The notes beneath the pieces were generated by a model. That model was not told the DNA's origin, searched no databases, and saw nothing but the letters and a program-made list of their open reading frames with translations. From positions 124,001-188,000 of the forward strand of contig ML978138.1 of NCBI GenBank assembly GCA_010015805.1: a DNA stretch of 64,000 nucleotides. Reading direction: 5' to 3'. The stretch is from Rhizodiscina lignyota (taxonomy: Eukaryota). Of this stretch, positions 51,767 to 64,000 are shown piece after piece (within the stretch, counting starts at the first letter, position 1; each line of letters begins with the position of its first letter). A program made the position numbers and the translations under genes.

Positions 51767-53303
51767 TGTCTGGGATGGGGTAGACGATGGATCAATCTGA
51801 ATGTAGCGAAGACGATTTTATAACAACCCGTCCATTGGCGTTACACCCGTCCCTCTGACACATTGAGCGGAGTCTTCATGCGAGAGGATGGTACCATACC
51901 AGCCGAGAGGGTATACAAATTTTTCAATGCGGGGACAGAAAAGTGGATCTAAGAGATTTGCGGGAGTCGAGTCTGTAGAAGAAAGAGAAGGTCGGTAGAG
52001 TATCCTACCATTCACGCACATGGTAGCAATTACCCATGAGTGAGAAAGGCATCTCCTTGCAGGAAGCTCAGAACTACACCTTAGCTCCCCCATGATGTGC
52101 AACGGCCACGATTTAGCCTCGCAGATGTTCGATCTCGTTGGATGTGAGGGGCATATCGACTTCGTTCTATGCAGAAAGGTAATACCCGTGACTTGAGATG
52201 CAGGATGTTCATCCCAGGGGTACATCGGCTATACTATATTGTAGTGCCAGCTAATGCGGGGAGGATCTCCGAGCAAGTACAAGTGTCGAATAGAAGCGAT
52301 TTGCTCATTCGGCTGAATGAATGAACAACCAATCGGCATCCATTCAGGAAACAGCTTGGTGGGAAATGTTCTTCTCATCAAGTTCTGGAGCAACGTTGCG
52401 GAAGACGCGGGGTCGGGGAGGAAACTTGACATTTCCAGACGCGCAAGAAAAGATGCCGCGCCAGGAAACCTTGCCAGTTCCTGTCAGCATGCAGGTCCGA
52501 TAAAGAGCAAGACGGAGACTTCGCCCAACAAACATGGCGATCGGCACGCAAAGCACCGCAATCGTCTCAGAGAATCGCTTCGTATTTGGGAAGTTTGGTA
52601 CCACTGGTTCGATGCGATGTAACGAGGGGTGAGCAGTGAATTGCCGTCAATCCGGCTGAACATGAGACGGCAGCTCCGCGAGACCATTTGGCGGCTCAAG
52701 CAGTTGCTTCTAAAGGCGTGGATAAAAGCGAGAAGGAGTTCAATGCTAAGCGGTGGAAGAGATGGAAAGTAGTTGAAGTGACCCCGAGACACGAAGGAGA
52801 GCGGAAATTAGGATGGATGATCTTCGGAGGAGAGGCAGAAAGTTTCCCGAAGCTGATCCGGAAAGAGAGAAATATCTCCCGTTCCGCAAAGTCATTTCAC
52901 ATCGTCCATAACATCAAGGATCTTGCTGAATCGTTTCAGAAGGCGCGTTAACATACAAACCTGGCCCCAGCCAGACATCTAACGGGCTGTGTAGATGTCG
53001 AATACGCAAACTGTCGATTGGACCTTTGGGCTGCCCTCACGCAGCTATCACTCTTTCGAAGGAATCATTTCCCATTCATTTTCACATGGTTACACAGATC
53101 TCTCAGTCTCAGCTTCTTCGCAAATGATTCTATTTCGCGGCAGTACTCCGAGTAATGATACGTGGTTTTGCCATTGTAACAGTGTTTACCATGAATTTCC
53201 AGAACGACAAGAATCCAATCTCTTCTATTTTTCCAAGCGATCTCAAATCTTCAAACCGAGACAGCAGATTCCTTTATGAATTCTATCATGTCTAAGACCC
53301 ATT

Positions 53304-53676
53304 TTAGTCCGCGCAGGTAGCCGAGTCAGCCTCGGAGTTGATATCGGTGAAAGACGCAGCGTTGAAAGTTCCGCCAACCTGCTTTCCGTTGCTGAAGAGC
53401 TTGCAGGTGACACTGTTGAGGTCCGACGAGGGATCGACTTCGGCAATGGTAGCTCGATCGATAAAGACCGGGGCGAAGGAAGTCGCAGGGCCGTCCACAG
53501 TGACTACGGTATCGGAGGTGAAGGTGTCATCACCAAGGTCGAACCTATCACAGTCAGTGCAAAATGATCAATGGTTGAGGAGTATCTTAATAGATGTCAT
53601 ACTGAAGAGTGGCCGTGGCAGCGAAGGTGGCGCCGAGGAGAGGGAGGGCAGCGAGAAGAACGTTGGAGAAGAACAT
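53304..53676 (-). CDS. Small secreted protein, 104 aa, two Cys
   Basis: Exons 53676-53603 and 53544-53304 (GTATGA..CTGAC..TAG); signal peptide MFFSNVLLAALPLLGATFA; C-ending codons frequent; TATAAA-like element upstream (~53788-53793). Confidence 0.85.
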
Positions 53677-54958
53677 CTCGAGAATGATTTGGGAGAAGAT
53701 CGTCTGAAATCTGGACTGAGGGATTTGTGCTTGACTCTTGAGTTCTGTTGATGGCTTGATAGTGGTAATGGAGTGACTCTGGTTCCAATTTATAGATTTC
53801 AGAGCCCTCACATACTGAGCACTGACATAATTTTTGCTGGTCAACATGACTTGAGACATTAAAAGGGTATATGATTCCCAGCAGCGTGTAAAATGAACAA
53901 AGATAGAACGCAATGAATTTTCTTATGTCATTCCAACAAGACCATCGCATGAGAAACAGTGAAGTTGTTCCACGGACCAGTTCTTCGCCGTTAATAACCG
54001 TCATTTCATCTTTTTCCGGAAGGTGCCTTTCAAGGTGTGTGGAATCACAGGGCGTCGAGCACCTACGGAAGCGATAGGGTGCCGAGATGTGGAGAGTGGC
54101 TGACTATAAGCCCTATAGACAGGGAAATTCTCCGACCAACCGGTGAATTTCGATTAGGCTAAGCTTTTGTATAACCAACATTAATTGATTTAGGTTCCGG
54201 TTGCCGGGCATGTAAGCATTTAGATGTTCCAATAATGGGGTTCGTGTGTCCAATTAGAATGCGATGCGTCAGTGATTTCCCCCAGGAACATGCACCAAGA
54301 TGGAAATTGGGAGTTACGGAGTGAGTTTGCGCCAGGGGAACTGTTACAAATTTCGAAATAGTATGACACTAGCGGTCTGCTAGTATCTAATAAAAGAGTG
54401 TCTGTACCCAGTTGATCGGCTTCCAGGGTGTGGGCGGCCGACAGAGGGTTTGAACCCTCATTTTGAAAAAGTGAGTTGATAAGGCTGGTAATATGGGCTG
54501 ACACTGCCACGTGGATGCGGAAGGAATTTGCTGATGGCAGACGTCTGTCTCAAAATACTTATGTTCCATCGAGTACAGCTTTGACCACGAGCAGAGTCAT
54601 CCGGAGCTTAGAATTCGATCGTTTTGAAGTGTGGAGGACAGTAGGGCTTGACTCTATAGCTCATCCAAACGTGGCCCCAAAATATTCGCGCGCTCAAGAG
54701 TCTGGTTCTCGTCAGTTGGCCGTCGTGGAGGTTTCGGGCTTCTTTGAAGGCTTCGCCACAGGTCGCGCAATGTCGATTTGGAGAATGATACGCTAGCACT
54801 TGATCCAATGTTTACATGCTATTCACCAAATCGTTATGTTGAAATCAGATGCGCCCTGAACATTTTTGAGAAAGAGACAGCTCAGTATGCAAAATTGCAA
54901 ATGAGTCATGAAGTCTCGTGACGAGAATATAATACCTACGCAATATGCTAACGCAGCT

Positions 54959-56507
54959 TTAGTAAGTCGTCAAGTCCGGAGTTCCTTCAGCCTTGGGCGC
55001 AGAAAATCTCGTCTGTACAAACACCTTCTGCATTCCTTCTTCCCGCTTGTCAAAGGCGTAGTAGACCTTGTCGAGATCCTCGACCCGTACTCTGTGGCTG
55101 ACCATTTTCAAAGGATCAATCTCACCAGACTCGATCATCTTTAGAAGCTTCTCCCAGTAAAGGTGCACTGGGGCTTGACCGTTGCCGATAAGCCGGATGC
55201 CACGCTCCATTAGGCTGCCGATGTTGAAGTGGTTGGTGAATCCAACATAAACACCTGTCAAAGATGTAAGCAGGCATGTCATTCGGTGAAGGCAAAGTTG
55301 GGTTACATGACTGAAGGGCTCAAGGGAGAGAAACCATACCAGTGATACCGCATCTGCCGAAATTCCTCACACTCGTGATCATTTCATTAATAATCTCACT
55401 CGTGTCAGTTTCCATTCCCAGCAGCATCTCGAAATAATGCGCCCAGCCCTTCGCATACTCTCCAGCCACACACTCAAGCGCAACGTCCGGTCCTCTACCA
55501 TCTACCATCTCTTTCAGCTTACTTGTTACGGTCTCGCCTTTGCCCAGCTTGGAGAAGTCGAGTGTTTCCGCCTTTGGGTATTTTTCTTTAATCCAATCGA
55601 GGCGCCAGTTCGAGTCGATGACAATCACACGCTTTGCGCCGTTTAGGAAGGAGAAGTCAACGCACATCTGACCGATTGGACCGGCGCCCCAAATAGCGAC
55701 GACATCTCCTTCAGAAACACCAGTGTCAACGACACAGTTCCATGACGTTGGTACGACATCCGACAAATACAATCCTGTATACATTGCACATCAGCATTTC
55801 TGGTTTGCTATGAATAGTATCACGCAAATTTTGAATAAATCAGATCTGAGATGAGGCGAAGAAGATGACAAGAAAAATGGAAGGACTTGCTTACCTTTCT
55901 CATCTGGAACATTGTCAGGTAGTTTCAGAAGGTTAACATCGCCATAGGGCACTCGAACGTATTCCGCCTGGCCCCCAGCAAATCCGCCCGTAAAGTGGCT
56001 GTATCCAAACATGCCAGCTGTCCTGCCTCCGTACATTGCATTCTCGATGGTATTGGCATTTGTCTTCTCGCATTGACTTGAGAGCTTCTGCTTGCAGTAG
56101 AAGCAATCTCCACAAGCAATCTGGAAACTGGCAACGACGCGATCTCCCTTGTTCAAGCCTTTCACTCCGGAACCCATCTCGTCTACGATGCCGCAGAACT
56201 CATGACCCAGAATATCGCCTTTTTGTAGTTGGACAACTACACCGTGTAAAAGGTGAAGGTCAGAGCCACACACGGTTGACCCAGTAACCTTTAAGATGAC
56301 GTCGCGGTCCTCGACCACTTTGGGCTTCGGAGCTTCCACCATTTCGACAGTATTCTTTCCCATCCAGGCCAGCGCTTTCATCTTATCGTCTGACGACCCA
56401 TACTTCTCGGGGTCAAGGGCTGGATTGGTGATATCTTGCGCTGTTGTTGCGTTGTCGCCGTGGCCGATGGCCTGTTCGGCTTTGAAAGCTGCTTGTGACA
56501 TTGCCAT
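54959..56507 (-). CDS. Zinc-dependent dehydrogenase, formaldehyde dehydrogenase-like (MDR)
   Basis: Exons 56507-55895, 55774-55340, 55254-54959. VCGSDLHL, GHEFCG, CGDCFYC..C, GGQAEYVRVP, LSDVVPT, GAGPIG. Confidence 0.92.
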
Positions 56508-57026
56508 GATTGCGACACTTTAGGATGTATTCGAGAGAGGTGAAAAGAAGGACAAACGGAAATGAATTGGATAGAGATGGAGCCCAAGCAAGCTGTTCGT
56601 TGACATACATATTACGCGTGGTCGCGCGTTGCAACGCGGAGACGCCATCGCTACGTCACCACTAGTAATGGCTGTCGAACGGGATGGTAGATCGAACAAA
56701 ATCGCATCTGCTCATGTCATTGAGAATGTCACTGTGCCAGCGTGCTTGCGATCGCCTATGAAGGAGACCCTCCCGGAAAATCTGGACGGGTTGAACTGCC
56801 GAGAGATTTGATGGCGTCATGATGTTAAGAAAAAGGAGATGTCGGTGCCGCCCCGCCACGTGAGAGCCACGAGCCTCTCAGCAACGAGTCATGGTTGCAA
56901 TGAAACAGAGGTTAGCACTTCTTTAAATTCTATTTTATTTTTAGAGGATTTTCAGAGGGAAAACTAGCATTTCATTCAGTAGATCATATAATCATTCCCT
57001 TTTCCAAGTACCGATCGTGGCTCCGT

Positions 57027-58676
57027 CTAAGAGCACTTCGCTATTTGATCATTCTGTCCCGAGCAAAAGAGTTTACTCTTCGCATACGCCGAAAACGTTG
57101 TTCCATTCGCCCAAGTTCTTTCCACGTCAGCAGGGGAACCCCATAGCATCAGTCCACCCTGATTCGGCTCCTTCACAGGGTTGAATATGCCCAACATATT
57201 CTGCAGCAACGAAGCGGTTGTGGTGTTGTCCAAACCCATCGCCATCGAGCTGTCCGGCGCTTGAATCCCGAGGAACATTCTCGGCCCTGAGCTAGATGTT
57301 GCTGCCGTTGAGGTAGTGGAGCTGTTAGCTTCCAAATCCTGGCTCCATGATGATATCAGACTTCGCAATGTCTGGCTTTGACTGCCGAATTCGCATTGCG
57401 GTAGACCGTAAAAGCGAACATATACGAAGTCGACCATCTGCAGCGCATCCAAGCCAGTGGTGTTGTCCGGTCTTATACAGGGCGGTGCTGCAGAGATGTA
57501 GTACTGCTTTGAGGTGTCGTTTGCAAACTGTGATCGCAAAGCCTCGATAAAGGCCGCACTGTATGGTGGCATGAGTAGGTTTTCCGTCCGGTTCAGCGAC
57601 GAGTTGGTCGTTGAGATATCCGGATACAGATCAAAGCCATCGACCGTGAAATTACCCCAGGAGCCACTGCCGTCTGATACATCTCGACCGGCGCCAAATA
57701 TCTCCCAGAGAAGCCCAACCACTCCCTGAACTACGCTGTCGAAGTAGGCTCTTCCATATTCGGAATCGAGGTCCGGCAAATACGTCTCCACACTCGAATC
57801 AGTGGTATTGCTAACAATACTCGCGAGGACCTTCTTTCCTGCCGCTTGGCATCTTTGAGCTTCATCTCCAATAGCGTAGCAACCCTCGATTGGGCATTCA
57901 CCTCCAACACCAAAGTTGCCGGATTGATCGAGCTCGATCTGGATAAATCCAATTATCACAATATCGATAGCAGGATCCTGGCACAGTTGACGGAGTCCCT
58001 GGACGGATGTACCCATGTCATACTTGAAATATGCTGCAATATTGTTCATGCGATCTCCGTCAAAGCCATTCGCCACAATGCTGCTCGCGCTCGGGGTCAA
58101 AGTCGACGTATGTGTGCTAGAGCTCGATCGAGACCTCGAAGACATGCTGTTGGTTGTAGTCATAGGTATTGCTTCGACAGTGATGGTGCTTGTTCTGTGC
58201 GTGGTGCTTTTATATGTTGTTGTGGGACTTCTCGGTGTTCGGGTGGTCGACGCGGCTGTTGACGACTTCAGTGTGGCCGTTGGAGGTGTGCTTGTAGTCG
58301 ACTGCGAAACGTTGGTCTGGCCGGCATTGTTCGGGCTCTCGCTCGCACTTGGCAGTGGCGTGGATGAAGGACTGGATAGCTCCGTGAGTAAATTTTGGAG
58401 CTGTTGGATTTGGTTTGAGAGGTCTTGAAGGAGGTTTTGAAGGTCCGTAGGCAACGCTTGTAGTCCGGCCACAACCTCTGATACATCAGCTAGAACCCTG
58501 TTCTCAGGAGAAGTCGGCGTGGGTGTTGGTTCCGTTATCTGCACTGCCCGCTCATGAACTTTTCTATGGACATGGTGAACATGGTGAACATGGTGGCCTG
58601 CCTCAGCGAGGACGAGAAATGAAAAAAAGGTTGTGAAAAATGATAGTATGCATATATTACTATTGAGGGATACCAT
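57027..58676 (-). CDS. Secreted GH18 (class III/B-type) chitinase-like protein, probably catalytically inactive
   Basis: Signal peptide, Ser/Thr linker, then GH18 elements CQAAGKKVLASI, VDGFDL, YYISAAPPC..PD, DFVYVRFY..C, GGLMLW; the DxxDxDxE motif reads DGFDLYPD. Confidence 0.85.
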   Translation of the reverse strand: MVSLNSNICILSFFTTFFSFLVLAEAGHHVHHVHHVHRKVHERAVQITEPTPTPTSPENRVLADVSEVVAGLQALPTDLQNLLQDLSNQIQQLQNLLTELSSPSSTPLPSASESPNNAGQTNVSQSTTSTPPTATLKSSTAASTTRTPRSPTTTYKSTTHRTSTITVEAIPMTTTNSMSSRSRSSSSTHTSTLTPSASSIVANGFDGDRMNNIAAYFKYDMGTSVQGLRQLCQDPAIDIVIIGFIQIELDQSGNFGVGGECPIEGCYAIGDEAQRCQAAGKKVLASIVSNTTDSSVETYLPDLDSEYGRAYFDSVVQGVVGLLWEIFGAGRDVSDGSGSWGNFTVDGFDLYPDISTTNSSLNRTENLLMPPYSAAFIEALRSQFANDTSKQYYISAAPPCIRPDNTTGLDALQMVDFVYVRFYGLPQCEFGSQSQTLRSLISSWSQDLEANSSTTSTAATSSSGPRMFLGIQAPDSSMAMGLDNTTTASLLQNMLGIFNPVKEPNQGGLMLWGSPADVERTWANGTTFSAYAKSKLFCSGQNDQIAKCS

Positions 58677-59639
58677 GATGATTGAGAGCCGGTGCTGTCT
58701 TTGCTTTTCTCTGGAGAAATTCCATGACTTTAAGTTTTTGATGGCCGAAGGAAAGGGATACGAGAGTATTGCTAAAGGAGGCTCATCAAAGAGACAGATT
58801 TGAAACCTTTCGAATTGCCAATTGCGGGGGCGTCAGAAGGTTGGTGTTGCTGCAAGGACGATAGTTCGACCAACATTCAGTGAGGTGGCAGGCTGCATTC
58901 CACAGCTATCGCGCGTGCTTTCCAACCTGCTACAATCCATCTTCACCCTTTCTTTTCAGTGTGGAAGACCGCGATACGCCGCATCGCAGATAAATGCATT
59001 CTGTGCGGGGATCGAAAATTCTAGAGCAGTGGAAGCGCTGTCAAGTCCCCGATGCTGTGGAACACTTCGATGGATCTTCTTTCGCAAAAGATGCCGAAGA
59101 GGAATATCTTCTCTTCTGGGCTATTGATATACGTTTAGGGATGCATGCGAGCATAAGTTGAGATATAAGTATTAGCGAGTTGGGAGCCGAAGCACGAGCG
59201 GCCGCTCTTGCGCTGCCTGGCGGTCGGTCATACCTGAAGTTGAGCTCGGCCGGATAATGATTCAGCGATTGCACTGGTTTCGACCAACGGAATGCCTTTA
59301 ATATGGCACTTCATCAACCCATTGATTACTTTCCTAGTTAAATGCAGATTAGTTTAATGGCGGTTAAATTGAAACTCAATTTTTGAGAAAGTCACGAGAC
59401 GTACTTAGGATATTCGCGCAAGTGCCGTCCGGGGTTCATGGGATGGCTTCCACAGAGCCGACGTCATGTGTATGCAGTTATCCAAAAGAAATTTTCTAGG
59501 CTTGCCATTATGTTAAAGCCATGAGACTTCCTAGCAGGTATAAAACTGTCTGAAATTTCGTTTTGCATTTCTGTTCTCGTGGCAGCAATATTCGATCTGT
59601 AGTAATTCAGTGCATTTCACACTCAATAAAATCGCAAAA

Positions 59640-60908
59640 ATGGCTCCGAATCCACCAGAAGCAATTCAGTATGAGAGCACTGTTTACCAGGCAGGTCTTC
59701 ACTACCACAGACCTCCCTTTACTTTCAAGAGCCAGGACTGGGAGAAATTGGCAATTGCTCGCCTCTCCGCAAGCGCCGCTGGATATGTTGCCGGCAATGC
59801 TGGTTCCAGTGGAACGTACGTCAAGAATCTCGAAGCTTTCAAGAAATGGTCCATGGTCCCAAACCGATTGCTGCCATCTCACAAAGATGAGAAGGGCAAT
59901 CCACTTTTCAGCGATTGCTCAACAAGGGTGCTCGGCGAGAAGCTGGACTTCCCACTCGCGCTCGCACCTGTTGGTGTGCTGCGCATTTTCAATCCAGAAG
60001 GAGAAATTGCCGTCGCAAAGGCCGCAGAATCTGTTGGAGTTCAGTACATTATGTCGACAGCGTCAAGTACGAGTATCGAGGATGTTGCGGCAGCGAACGG
60101 AAATGGTCATCGCTGGTATCAACTCTATTGGCCGTCGAATGAGCACAACGACATCACGATCAGCGTTCTCAACAGGGCGAGGAACGCTGGCTTCACGGCT
60201 TTGTTTGTAACCTTAGACACTTTCGCTCTCGGCTGGCGACCAAGTGATATGGATAATGGATACAATCCCTTCATTCACGCCGATCGCATCGGGGTTGCCA
60301 TTGGACTGAGTGATCCTGTTTTCCGAGAGCATTTCAAGAAGAAGCATGGCTACGATATGGACGATGCTACCCACAATCCAGCTGTCGACATTGAAGGCGG
60401 CGCTGTTGGCGAAGCTGCACGGGAATGGGTTAGCACCATATTCTCCGGTCACAGTCATTCTTGGGAAGACATCAAATTCCTCCAGAAGCACTGGGATGGC
60501 CCTATTGTTCTGAAAGGAATTCAGTCAGTTGCAGACGCTCGGAAAGCAGTTGAAGCTGGTGTGCAAGGCATCGTTGTCAGTAACCATGGTGGACGCCAGC
60601 AGGATGGAGGTGTTGCAAGTCTCTCCATCTTGTCGAAAGTAGTCGATGCTGTTGGTGACAAGCTGGACATCTTCTTTGATAGCGGGGTGAGGTGCGGAGC
60701 GGATGCTCTCAAAGCTATAGCGCTTGGTGCTAAATGCGTACTTTTGGGCAGACCATACGTTTACGGCCTGGCTCTGGGAGGAGAGGCCGGCGTGCAGCAT
60801 GTACTGCGGTCTCTCTGCGGCGACTTGATCATGAACATGCACCTGTCTGGCTATCGCGATCTTAGCGAGGTAAACAGGAGCATCCTCATGAGAGATGATG
60901 AACTGTAG
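59640..60908 (+). CDS. FMN-dependent alpha-hydroxy acid oxidase (lactate 2-monooxygenase-like)
   Basis: GYVAGNAG, LAPVGV, WYQLYW, LGWRPSD, PIVLKGI, SNHGGRQ, DSGVR, GRPYVYGL; intronless; ATG 59640. Confidence 0.92.
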   Translation: MAPNPPEAIQYESTVYQAGLHYHRPPFTFKSQDWEKLAIARLSASAAGYVAGNAGSSGTYVKNLEAFKKWSMVPNRLLPSHKDEKGNPLFSDCSTRVLGEKLDFPLALAPVGVLRIFNPEGEIAVAKAAESVGVQYIMSTASSTSIEDVAAANGNGHRWYQLYWPSNEHNDITISVLNRARNAGFTALFVTLDTFALGWRPSDMDNGYNPFIHADRIGVAIGLSDPVFREHFKKKHGYDMDDATHNPAVDIEGGAVGEAAREWVSTIFSGHSHSWEDIKFLQKHWDGPIVLKGIQSVADARKAVEAGVQGIVVSNHGGRQQDGGVASLSILSKVVDAVGDKLDIFFDSGVRCGADALKAIALGAKCVLLGRPYVYGLALGGEAGVQHVLRSLCGDLIMNMHLSGYRDLSEVNRSILMRDDEL

Positions 60909-61524
60909 AAGCGAGATCATAAATTGTACATAGAAGAGTTGATGAAGGAAATCAGACGCTGAAGAAAACGCAAAACGCGCACGAGGGCATGCGCCTAATT
61001 ACACGCTTTACCATTTTCAGCAGGTGATGCTTGGCACCTCATTCATCCCTGACGGAATCCAAATCTTTTCGTGCTTTGAATCATTTCGAGCAAACATCTC
61101 ATTCTCGCACAGACATTTTTCCACCTCGATCTCAAAGTTACTAATCTGGTTCGGGCTGTCTTGACTGTGAGAAAGGTACCGTGGATGTGCATCTAAGCTC
61201 GTATTGGCTCCTTTCCCTTGCTAGCAAGCAGCGACGCCATCTCGTCCTGTCAAACACCGTGAATAATAGCATTAAGAATCTGACATCGGCTGCTCTAATT
61301 TTGTTATGTTGTGGCTTATTCAAGTTAGTTCTCGGACTTGTGCTACGCTTCCGATATCGTCCTCTTCTAAGTAGTCTTTCTCTGTTAACTTGTTCTTGTC
61401 GTGATTGCAGTTCATTCGTTTTCCGGCTCATACGAGGACATCAGTCTGCTGCTCTAATTCAACATTCGTTTCTTGTCTTACATGTTACTCTCTGTAGCAC
61501 CTGTCCCTTTTTCTCACCAAGATA

Positions 61525-64000
61525 ATGATTGTGGCGCCAAAATGGCAATTAGCGGCTATTATCGCCATGTGGTTCCTGAGCCCTGTTACATTAGCCTCTC
61601 CTCAGTCACAAAGAATTGGAGATGTGATAATGAAAGGCCTGGGAATATCGACCAAGAGCAGTGCTGAGTTGCATTCCCCAAGTCGTTCGCGGCCGCTCTT
61701 CACGAACTCTTCGTCTACAACACTTTTCGCAACATCTCCCGGAGTATCGTCTCTGAACCACACAGCGTCAACTCCCTCTGAAGTATCGCCAACAGCAGGT
61801 ATCAGTCTCGCTACTGGTATCTCTTCGAGCGCTAGCATTAGCATCACACCGAATGGTAGAGTCTCCTTGAGTACTGGAGTCACATTCAACACCACGTCTC
61901 GTGGTCCGTTCGTTAATTCCACGAATACAACATCATGTCGTATGGACTTGAATCGCCCGAGTACAGGATCAGGTACAGATTGCAATCTCCAAGCCCAGCC
62001 TCCTGCTAACTTACATATTCCAGGTGCATCATATGCGAGTGCCTGTTTCTCTGCTCAGGAATGCTACAATAGCGCTTTTCAAGCGTGGTTGAGTAGCTCC
62101 CCTCCCGAAGTCACCAGCACTACTACCATCTCTTCCACTATCACGGTGTACACTGGAAAGACAGCCACCTGTCCCGGAGCCTTCGGCCCTACTACCACGC
62201 GAATCGTGGGGACCTTGACAAGCCTTGGCACAACGGTCCTGGCAAGTGCATCGAAGATACTCAACGACGGACAACCTATTCAGCCATCATGTTCTATCAG
62301 TGTTCAAGATTGTAAGCCATCTTGGACAGATGTGTGTGCACCACCGCCCGCCACTTGCGGTGCTTGTACCATAAAGCCACAAACCGTGCGCCTACTTTAT
62401 TTCCCTCCGCCTGCCAATGTTACCGCTCCAGTTTGTCGCGACAATACAGACACCTCGACAGCTTGCCCATTGGGGCCTACAACCGCACCATTAAGCATCA
62501 ACACTGGTTTGGGACTGAGCGAAGTGCCGTGCCAATATGCTACGAACTTTTCCACATCCACAATGGACAGCGGTAAGCCCGTCTCCAAGAACTGTGCTGT
62601 CTCCTTTCTAACGACGTACAGGACCATCAGCAGTTGTGAACGGGAGCACATTCTTCCAGAACCGCGCATATATTGAAATCGACGCAATCTCTGCCGTCAA
62701 TGAATGCGGACCAATAGGTGCTATTCACACTTCTGCCATAATAACCTTAATGTCCTCCGACGTACATTCCTTTCGGGGCAACAATGAGGCTGCCACCGAC
62801 ATAGGATACAGCTTCGACTTCCGCGATTTAACCAACGTCCCGCCAGAAGTGTATCGCATTGGCTTCTTCATCCCACCGAACGAATACGACACTGCCATCG
62901 TAAATGGCGTTTCATATGGCCTGGGAAACAACTCCCTCCGAAGCTTCGACAGCGAGACAATCTACGACCCAGCATATGCACCGACCCTGCTTATGCCACT
63001 CCAAGTACGGAGTCTGGATGCTGCCTGGGCGAGCTGTTCATTGGATCTTGCAGGCTTCTATGATCCGCCTCTACCATTGACAACTGCGGCGGTGCTCGAT
63101 ACACCGACTCCGAAACCACCAAATCCAGGATCCACTCCACAACCTGTGAGTGCCCCACCGACTGCCTTGCCTGCCAGTACATCGAGTCAGCCAAAACCAA
63201 CACAAGGAGGAGGTGGGTCTGGGAGCAATACAGGCGGCTCAGGTGGGAGTGGCTCAAGCGGAAGTGGCTCAAGCGGAAGTGGCTCGAGTGGAAGCGGAAG
63301 TGGCTCGAGTGGAAGTGGAAGCGGTTCAAGTGGGAGTGGCTCGAGTGGAAGTAGCTCAAGTGGAAGTGGCTCTAGTGGGAGTGGCTCAAGTGGAAGTGGA
63401 AGTGGCTCGAGCGGGGGTGGCTCAAGTGGAAGTGGAAGTGGCTCGAGTGGAAGTGGAAGTGGCTCGAGCGGGAGTGGCTCAAGTGGAAGTAGCTCAAGTG
63501 GGAGTGGAACAAGTGGAAGTGGCTCGAGTGGGGCTGGGACAAGCGGTGGTTCTGGAAGCAACTCAGGCAGCTCTAGCGGAGGTGATTCTGGCGCTAACTC
63601 AGGAGGAGCCGGCAGCAGCTCTGGTGGATCTAGCAACAATTCAGGAGGCTCCGGCTCGAGCGGCTCCCCTGGCGCTGGAAGTTCCGGCAGCGGTGGAAAT
63701 CCAGGAGCGTCTAGCAGCTCTGGCAGTTCTAGTGGCTCATCAGGCGATAATGGAAATCCCGCAAGCTCCGGCACATCTGGATCTTCGAATTCTGGAGGGA
63801 ACTCGGGCAGCTCAGGTAATGCAGGCGGGGGTGGTGCAGGTACGGGATCTGGCTCAGACTCTGGATCTGGGTCAAGTAGTGGTTCGGAAAATTCAGATGG
63901 CAGTGGAGGTGGAGCAGCAGGCAGTGGCAATGACCAAAGCCCAGAACCTGTGCCCTCGTCTATTGGTGGCCAACCTGTTTCTGCCGATCCATCGAATCCT
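61525..64000 (+). CDS. Secreted Cys-containing, Ser/Thr/Gly-rich cell-surface protein (truncated by window end)
   Basis: Exon 61525-62572, intron 62573-62621, exon 62622 to >64000. Signal peptide; CGACTI..VRLLYFP, YSFDFRDL, YAPTL..P..RSLDAAWASC..GFYDPP motifs, then SGSSG repeats. Confidence 0.85.
63236..63560 (+). repeat. Coding minisatellite, mixed 15-nt and 21-nt units encoding (SG)SGSSG
   Basis: Repeated AGTGGCTC(A/G)AG(C/T)GG(A/G) with optional AGTGGA inserts. Confidence 0.92.

Noticed and set aside
63187..63930. 247-aa Pro/Leu/Glu antisense ORF
   Set aside because: Shadow of the Ser/Gly repeat on the + strand.

Overview
Eukaryotic genomic DNA from a filamentous ascomycete (Pezizomycotina-like): about 50% GC, gene-dense, with mostly 50-60 nt GT-AG introns and CTRAY-type branch points. 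I reconstructed about 30 protein-coding genes by splicing the ORF track by hand. Housekeeping genes (arylsulfatase, D-lactate dehydrogenase, WW protein, enoyl-CoA hydratase, BEM46 hydrolase, DSK2, glutathione reductase, HET-C, TFIIE-alpha, PUS1) dominate 0-36 kb. The 36-64 kb part looks more accessory (F-box-like, ADHs, arrestin-like, T5orf172 protein, hemerythrin/reductase pair, GH30, small secreted protein, GH18-like, lactate monooxygenase-like, Ser/Gly mucin). I recognised no tRNA, rRNA, CRISPR or intact transposon. The best leads are: a 339-nt structured intron in glutathione reductase ending in an ACA-box hairpin with a bipartite match to LSU rRNA; a GH18 protein with a destroyed catalytic motif plus His-repeat and coiled-coil segments; an in-frame TGA in an otherwise intact membrane-protein gene; a frameshifted gene abutting het-c; a K-turn-flanked intergenic hairpin; and a divergent hemerythrin/NAD(P)-reductase pair. 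All family calls come from motif recognition, not database searches.
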